From the NCBI GenBank assembly GCA_965248455.1, contig OZ252105.1, forward strand, positions 2,603,193 through 2,667,192: 64,000 nt of DNA, written 5' to 3'. How positions within the stretch are numbered: the first letter of the stretch is position 1; each line of letters begins with the position of its first letter. A program made the position numbers and the translations under genes. The stretch is from Dehalococcoidia bacterium. Lineage in GTDB: Bacteria; Chloroflexota; Dehalococcoidia; Lucifugimonadales; Australimonadaceae. Positions 58,366 to 64,000 of the stretch are shown one piece after another. Under the pieces are notes generated by a model. It was not told the DNA's origin. It worked only from the letters and a program-made list of their open reading frames with translations, and ran no database searches.

Positions 58366-59460
58366 ATGAAGTTGCAGAGATACTTTGGGGCGATGGCCGT
58401 GCTGATTGCGCTGGGCCTGTTCGCCGCAGCGTGCGGGTCTGACCCGACAGCCACGCCGACAGCGGTTCCGGCCACGCCTACGCCGACGGCCATGATGGAG
58501 GAAGCCGAGCCCGTGGAGTTGGAGCTCATCGACGCGTTCCCAACAGTGTTGGACATATCCAAGGGCATACAGTTCTTCCTCGATGAAGTAGCTAGGCTCT
58601 CCAACGGCAACGTGACGATCACCCGTGTCGGCGGGCCGGAGGTCACGCACTCGCTCGAACAGTTCGCACCAACGCGCGACGGCGTGTACGACGCAATCGC
58701 GACGGTGGGCGCGTATCACACAGACCACACCAAGCTCGGACTCGGCGAGAACGTCGCGGCGAACTACACGCGTATTGCTGACAACTACACGCCGCGTGTC
58801 CAGTGTGGCTTGTTCGACACACTCGAGGCGATCTACGCGCCGCTGGGTGTCCAGTACGTCGGCTCAATAGCGGGCGGCTGGGGCGCGCGCCTGTGGACGG
58901 TAGACCCGATACGGACCCTCGAGGATCTCGACGGTGTGCACCTGCGCGCTGCGACGATCTACCAGCCGTTCCTCCACGCTTTCGGAGCAACCACTGCCCC
59001 GTTGCAGTTCTCCGAGATATACCCGGCGCTCGAGAAGGGCGTCATCAAGGGTCTGTACTGGGGCGGCGCTGGTGCGCTGTCCGGCAAGTGGGACGAAGTG
59101 GTCAACTACCAGTACCCCGACTCTCTCGCGGGCGGCGGGGGTATATCCATCATGGTGAATCAGGCCAAATGGGACGGGATGACCGAGAAGCAACAGCAGT
59201 ACGTTCGTGATGCGGTCGAGGCTGGGTCACATTTCCAGACGGAACACATGAACGCGGTGGAAGAGAACGAAGTTGCAACGCTCGTAGAGCGCGGCATCGA
59301 GAAGATCGAATGGCCGGCCGAGATGTCAGCGACGTGGGCTAACGACCATTACAACAAGATTATCGATGACTTCATCATCGCGCCCGATCCTGTCCTGGGG
59401 CCCCGGTTTGCTGAAGCGATTCGGTGCGTGAACGACATCGTTCTGCCGGATCGTCAGTAG
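58366..59460 (+). CDS. dctP: TRAP transporter substrate-binding lipoprotein
   Basis: FAAAC lipobox; IRTLEDLDG..LR, SEIYPALEKGVI; upstream of dctQ/dctM. Confidence 0.85.
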   Translation: MKLQRYFGAMAVLIALGLFAAACGSDPTATPTAVPATPTPTAMMEEAEPVELELIDAFPTVLDISKGIQFFLDEVARLSNGNVTITRVGGPEVTHSLEQFAPTRDGVYDAIATVGAYHTDHTKLGLGENVAANYTRIADNYTPRVQCGLFDTLEAIYAPLGVQYVGSIAGGWGARLWTVDPIRTLEDLDGVHLRAATIYQPFLHAFGATTAPLQFSEIYPALEKGVIKGLYWGGAGALSGKWDEVVNYQYPDSLAGGGGISIMVNQAKWDGMTEKQQQYVRDAVEAGSHFQTEHMNAVEENEVATLVERGIEKIEWPAEMSATWANDHYNKIIDDFIIAPDPVLGPRFAEAIRCVNDIVLPDRQ

Positions 59461-59539
59461 CAGAGAACACGACATGGGGCTGCCGATCAGGCAGCCCCAT
59501 GCGGTACTTGATCAGATGGACAGTGACGACGGAGAAACT

Positions 59540-60183
59540 ATGACCGATGAATCGAACATGAGCGAGGCTTCTCAGGACTCCTCCTATGGAGGGAAACGCT
59601 CGTTCCCCGTCGTCATCCGCGATCTGTTTCTGGACGTCTCCGCGGAGCAACGGCGAGCCCGTGCGGGTAACCCGCTTGCAACGCGCATCCTGGACTGGGT
59701 CATAGATGTCTCGGCTTTCGCGGGAGCGGTGATTGTGCTGTACGTAGCGGGGACCATCGGCCTCAACGTGCTGATGCGGTATGTTTCTCCTCCCCGCTGG
59801 TCTGGGCACTGCCCACGACAGAATTCAGCCTCCTGTACCTCACCTTCCTGGCTGCGCCGGTCGTGCTCCGCAGGGAAGGCCATGTGCGGATGTCTGCAAT
59901 CACGGAACAGTTGGGGGAATCGCCCCGGCTGTGGCTCTACGTCATCGGCTCGTTCATCAGCTCAGTTGTCTGCGGCATCCTGACGTGGCAGACATTCGAG
60001 AAGACGTTTGAGGAAGTTCAATCGGGGGCGGTGCTTCTGTCGGGGATCGAGGTGCCGCGTGCGTTGGTAACGTGGGTGATTCCCTACGGGTTCACGCTGC
60101 TCGGTCTCCAGTTCCTGCGTATGGGCATCACCGCATTCCGTACCAGGCATTATGGGAAGACGACCGAGGAGGCTGGCGTCTAG
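59540..60183 (+). pseudogene. dctQ: TRAP small permease, frameshifted at T3 (59784-59786)
   Basis: NVLMRY / -1 nt / SSPLVW..E..LL..TFL....LRREGHV...PYGF; one extra T restores the frame. Confidence 0.8.
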
Positions 60184-60192
60184 CGCCAGGAC

Positions 60193-61518
60193 ATGGAAAT
60201 CTTCGGTCTGGAATTCCCATGGTGGCTTACGCTCATCACCTTTTTCACACTGCTGCTCGCGCTGATGGCGACGGGAATGCCGGTGGCCATCGCCTTCGCG
60301 CTGCTGAACATCGCGGGGCTGTTCCTGGTGAAGGGGACGACGGGGCTGCTGCTGCTTCCCGGCAGCGTCTATAGATCGGTTGCGACATTCAACCTGCTCG
60401 CCATCCCGATGTTCTTCCTGCTGGGGGAGGTGCTCTTTCAGTCTCGCGTCATCGGGCTGACGATCGACGTGATGGACAGATGGATAGGCCGCGTACGCGC
60501 GCGTCTGCTGTTCACGTCACTCGGCGCCGGTACGCTTCTCGCGACGCTCAGCGGCGCCGGCATGGCCGACACGGCGCTGTTGGGTACGACGCTCTACCCG
60601 GAGATGGAGAAGCGCGGTTACGAACGGCGCATCTCGCTCGGCACGCTCATGTCATCCGGTCTGCTGGCGGCCATCATTCCGCCCAGCGCGCTCGCGGTGC
60701 TTGTCGGCAGTCTGGCGGAGGTGTCGATTGCGCGCCTGCTGATCGCGGGGTTCGTCCCCGGCCTCATGATGGCGACGGTGTATGCCATCTATATCTGGGT
60801 GCGCGTGCGGTTGAACCCGAACCTTGCGCCGCCGTACGTCGCCGAGTCGGTCAGTTGGTCGTTGCGTTTGAGGGGCGTCGCTGAGATAAGCCCCCTCGGC
60901 ATCATCGTGCTCATGGTGATGGGATTCATCATCTTCGGGGTAACGACGCCGAGCGAGGCGGCTGCAACGGGAGCCATCGGTGCCTTTATCGTCGCGGCTC
61001 TCTACCGGCGCCTCACGTTCAAAGTGCTCAAAGACTCCCTTTACGGCACTCTCTATATCGGCGGCATGATCTTTCTCATCATCACCGGGGCAGTTGCTCT
61101 GGGGCAGTTGCTGGCGCTCACGGGCGCGACACGCGATTTCCTCGACTTCATCGTTGAGTTGGGGCTGTCGGCTATCCTGCTGGTGATTATCGTGCAGCTG
61201 GCGGTGCTGGTGCTTGGATTATTCATCGACCAGCTGTCTATCATGCTGGTGGCGATTCCGGTGCTCGTGCCGATTCTGGGCCCGCTTGGCATCGACCCCC
61301 TCTGGTTCTGGGTGCTCTTCCTGATGAACATCTCGATTGGGGCGATCACACCGCCGTTCGGCATGATGCTCTTCGCTCTGAAGGGGGTGGTTCCGCAGGC
61401 CTCGATGACTGATCTCTACCGCGCGAGCATTCCGTTCGTGCTGCTCGACATCGTCGCTGTAGGCCTCGTCATTGCGTTCCCCGAGATAGCGACGTGGCTT
61501 CCGGGCCTGGTGGTATAG
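60193..61518 (+). CDS. dctM: TRAP large permease
   Basis: LLAIPMF, IIPPS, TPSEAA, ITPPFG, FPEIATWLP. Confidence 0.93.
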   Translation: MEIFGLEFPWWLTLITFFTLLLALMATGMPVAIAFALLNIAGLFLVKGTTGLLLLPGSVYRSVATFNLLAIPMFFLLGEVLFQSRVIGLTIDVMDRWIGRVRARLLFTSLGAGTLLATLSGAGMADTALLGTTLYPEMEKRGYERRISLGTLMSSGLLAAIIPPSALAVLVGSLAEVSIARLLIAGFVPGLMMATVYAIYIWVRVRLNPNLAPPYVAESVSWSLRLRGVAEISPLGIIVLMVMGFIIFGVTTPSEAAATGAIGAFIVAALYRRLTFKVLKDSLYGTLYIGGMIFLIITGAVALGQLLALTGATRDFLDFIVELGLSAILLVIIVQLAVLVLGLFIDQLSIMLVAIPVLVPILGPLGIDPLWFWVLFLMNISIGAITPPFGMMLFALKGVVPQASMTDLYRASIPFVLLDIVAVGLVIAFPEIATWLPGLVV

Positions 61519-61541
61519 CCGCGTCGCCCTGCGGCTAGTGC

Positions 61542-62513
61542 ATGTCTCCTGAACTTACCGGCGCACTCATAGCGCTACTGATTCCCCTCTGCTTCGGAAC
61601 CGGCTCGGTGCTCGTTCGTGTCGGGCTCGTTGAAATTCCGTCCAACACCGGCAATTTCATCTCCTTGGTGAGCGGCTGGATCGTCATGGTGACGGTTGCT
61701 CTGGTGCTCTTCCCCGGCGACCTGGTCGGTGTGACGGTTGCCGGGTTCGCAGGGCTAGCCTTGATAGGCTTCATCAATTTCCCTATCGGTCGGTTCCTGA
61801 ACTTCATGAGCATCCAGCGGCTCGGCGTGGTGCGGGCGAATCCCATCCTCGCGGCGTCCCCCATCATCTCCGCATTCGAAGGCGTCGTCTTCCTCGGCGA
61901 AGATATCAACTGGGTCGTGGGCTTGGGGACAGTGCTCGCCGTAGCGGGCGTCATCATCGTCGTAACGGGTGAAGTGACGGCGCGGGGAGGGGCATCGGTG
62001 GGAGCGCCTCCCCCGAGCGCCCCGAACGCTAAACCGGCCACGGGCGTCAGAGGATGGCTCACCAGCCGTCCTAAACTCATCGGCTACTTCGCAGCGGTAG
62101 GCGGGGCGCTAGCCTACGGCACGGTGCCTGCGCTCGGCCGCGTGGCCGTGACGGAGATCGCTGCCCCGCTGGCCGCCGCCGTCTACACCACATTGTTCGG
62201 ATTCCTCATCATGGGAGCGTTCGTGGTGAAGAGACTTCCGGGCGACCTCCGCAGAGCGTCCCGCCGCTCTACCTTGTTCGTGGCTCTGGGCGGCTTATCG
62301 ATGGCGATGGGCGTCTCGATGCTGTACCTGGCGTTGAGCAAAGCCCCGGTCGTCGTAGTCTCGCCGATGTTCGCGCTCACCTCATTAGTGGGGCTCATAC
62401 TGGCGCACTTCTTCCTGCGACGCCTCGAGCGCATCACCCTGCTGCTCATCGTCGGCACGGTACTGGTCGTCATGGGGGTCGCCGCTGTGATAGTGGGCGT
62501 GGAAGTGCAGTGA
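61542..62513 (+). CDS. EamA/DMT-family transporter
   Basis: Two 5-TM repeats; FLGE; LE.IT motifs. Confidence 0.85.
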   Translation: MSPELTGALIALLIPLCFGTGSVLVRVGLVEIPSNTGNFISLVSGWIVMVTVALVLFPGDLVGVTVAGFAGLALIGFINFPIGRFLNFMSIQRLGVVRANPILAASPIISAFEGVVFLGEDINWVVGLGTVLAVAGVIIVVTGEVTARGGASVGAPPPSAPNAKPATGVRGWLTSRPKLIGYFAAVGGALAYGTVPALGRVAVTEIAAPLAAAVYTTLFGFLIMGAFVVKRLPGDLRRASRRSTLFVALGGLSMAMGVSMLYLALSKAPVVVVSPMFALTSLVGLILAHFFLRRLERITLLLIVGTVLVVMGVAAVIVGVEVQ

Positions 62514-62602
62514 CCCATCGAGCCCGTCGGTGACGTTTCGCACCGCGGCAAGGCTTGTGGTAGCCTCACGCTCGTCGTACTGGGGGCAACTGGAGGCACT
62601 CG

Positions 62603-62900
62603 ATGAGGACGCGGGCAGTGAGCAGACGCACCCCAGGGATCGAGGGGCTGGGAAGGGTCAATGGCAACCCCAAGTACGCAGCGAATCTGGGCACAGAGAA
62701 CTGTCTGTGGGGCAGGGTGCTGCGCAGTCCATACGCCCGCGCACGCATCGTCCGCATAGATACGTCAGCCGTTGAGCGTGTGCCCGGCGTCCGAGCCGTT
62801 CTGACCGGCGCAGAGCATCCTCACTACATCGGACGCATCATGCCAGACCTGCCAGCGCTTGCCATCGGCAGGGTACGCTTTATCGGGGAGCGCGTCGCCG
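62603..62900 (+). pseudogene. N-terminal relic of a xanthine dehydrogenase-family Mo-binding subunit
   Basis: G..KY..L...LWGRVLRSPYARARI..IDTS...PGVRAVLTG...VRFIGERVAA, then homology stops. Confidence 0.78.
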
Positions 62901-62972
62901 CCGACCCCGCCGATGCTACGGCGCACATCTATCAGATGCTGCACAGCGATGCGGCAGAGGAAGGAGGCCAGC

Positions 62973-63818
62973 GTGGCTAATGGAGTTCTGGATGGCAAAA
63001 CGGTCATCGTCACCGGGGCAGGCTCGCCCATCGGCATGGGACGGCAGATGTCGTTCGCGCTGGTCGCGGCGGGCGCGAACGTTGCGATGATGGATATAGA
63101 CGGAGACGCGCTCGAAGCCAGCGCCAACGATGCGCGTGAGATAGGCGGGGACGACAAGGTTCTCCCGATCGTCGGCGACGTAACCAGCTACGCGGATGCG
63201 CAGCGCGTCGTGCAGGCCACGCTCGACCGGTTCGGTTCCCTGCACGTGCTGGTCAACAACGCTGGCACGAATCAGCGGAACGTGGGCATGAGCAACGCGA
63301 GCACCGAACGGTGGTGGGAGATCAACCCCGACGGGTGGAGCCGCGTCGTTGCGGTGAACTTCAGCGGGCCGTTCTTCATGGCGCACGCGGCAGTGGGGCA
63401 CATGATGGCGCAGGGCTGGGGTCGCATCATAGGCGTAACGACCAGCCTCGACACTATGATTCGCGCCAACATCACTCCGTACGGACCATCCAAGGCGGGC
63501 CACGAGGCGCTCATGGCTGCGATGGCGGCCGAATTGGAAGGCACCGGCGTTACTGCGAACGTATTGGTACCCGGGGGGCCGGTGAACACGAACCTGCTGG
63601 CACAGGACACGGATTTCGACCGTGCCAAGCTGATCCAGCCGGATGTGATGCGCGTGCCGGCGGTGTGGCTCGCATCGGACGCTTCATCCGGGGTCAACGG
63701 ACGCCGGTTCATCGCGTACAACTGGGATGAGTCGCTGCCGATAGAAGAGCGGTTGGAGAAAGCAGGCGCGCCCGTGGCGTGGCCTCAACTGGGCGGGCGC
63801 CCGATCCGCCCAGCATAG
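62973..63818 (+). CDS. Short-chain dehydrogenase/reductase
   Basis: AAGGAGG plus GTG; VTGAGSPIGMG, LVNNAG, YGPSK. Confidence 0.92.
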   Translation: MANGVLDGKTVIVTGAGSPIGMGRQMSFALVAAGANVAMMDIDGDALEASANDAREIGGDDKVLPIVGDVTSYADAQRVVQATLDRFGSLHVLVNNAGTNQRNVGMSNASTERWWEINPDGWSRVVAVNFSGPFFMAHAAVGHMMAQGWGRIIGVTTSLDTMIRANITPYGPSKAGHEALMAAMAAELEGTGVTANVLVPGGPVNTNLLAQDTDFDRAKLIQPDVMRVPAVWLASDASSGVNGRRFIAYNWDESLPIEERLEKAGAPVAWPQLGGRPIRPA

Positions 63819-63864
63819 AAAGCGGTATCAGCACAGAGAAGCGGGTTCGAAGAAGGAGGCCAGC

Positions 63865-64000
63865 GTGGCTAGCAGAGTTCTGGACGGCAAGACGATTATC
63901 GTTACCGGGGCAGGCTCGTCCATCGGTATGGGACGGGAGATGTCACTCGCGCTGGTCGCGGCGGGAGCGAACGTTGCGATGATGGACATAGACGGAGGCG
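63865..64000 (+). CDS. Second SDR paralog (runs off the window)
   Basis: Same RBS context; VLDGKTIIVTGAGSSIGMG. Confidence 0.85.
   Translation, partial: MASRVLDGKTIIVTGAGSSIGMGREMSLALVAAGANVAMMDIDGG

Overview
High-GC chromosomal region that looks like Chloroflexota/Dehalococcoidia (SAR202-like, possibly host-associated). This placement is inferred from the AGAAC-N4-GTTCT LexA box, Pro-Thr-linker lipoproteins and the expanded amidohydrolase/Rieske/SDR/TRAP families. The main structure is a ~22.9 kb integrative element (about 12661-35533). Joining its two ends gives a symmetric serine-recombinase attP centred on TT. That attP lies inside the 3' end of the integrase gene, so circularisation would add a 24-aa C-terminal tail. 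The reconstructed empty site has the LexA-box format. The element carries a 3333-aa surface protein in which four complete 7-bladed FG-GAP propellers are each inserted inside an FN3 domain. It also carries an AAA+/DUF4143 ATPase and a hairpin-punctuated leading-region-type operon (SF2 helicase, NPPY methyltransferase, RadC, SSB, PD-(D/E)XK nuclease, stand-alone TSCPD). Its integrase has lost the catalytic N-terminus, so the element looks immobilised. The flanks contain peptide ABC ATPases, an IS-scarred zone (priA and Rieske relics, IS5, IS481 inside an SOS-box-preceded ImuB-like gene), CoA-transferase/CitE/cupin genes, a broken gluzincin lipoprotein, an aromatic catabolism cluster (LigY-like, LigXa-like, ring-hydroxylating alpha/beta), methylmalonyl-CoA mutase, ruvB between duplicated NIPSNAP genes, tRNA-Gln followed by a mosaic islet (split vapC, IS5), a Fur-family/nickel transporter pair with an operator, a TRAP system and tandem SDRs. 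Several frameshifts sit in homopolymers and may be sequencing errors. All family assignments come from motif recognition, not from database searches.
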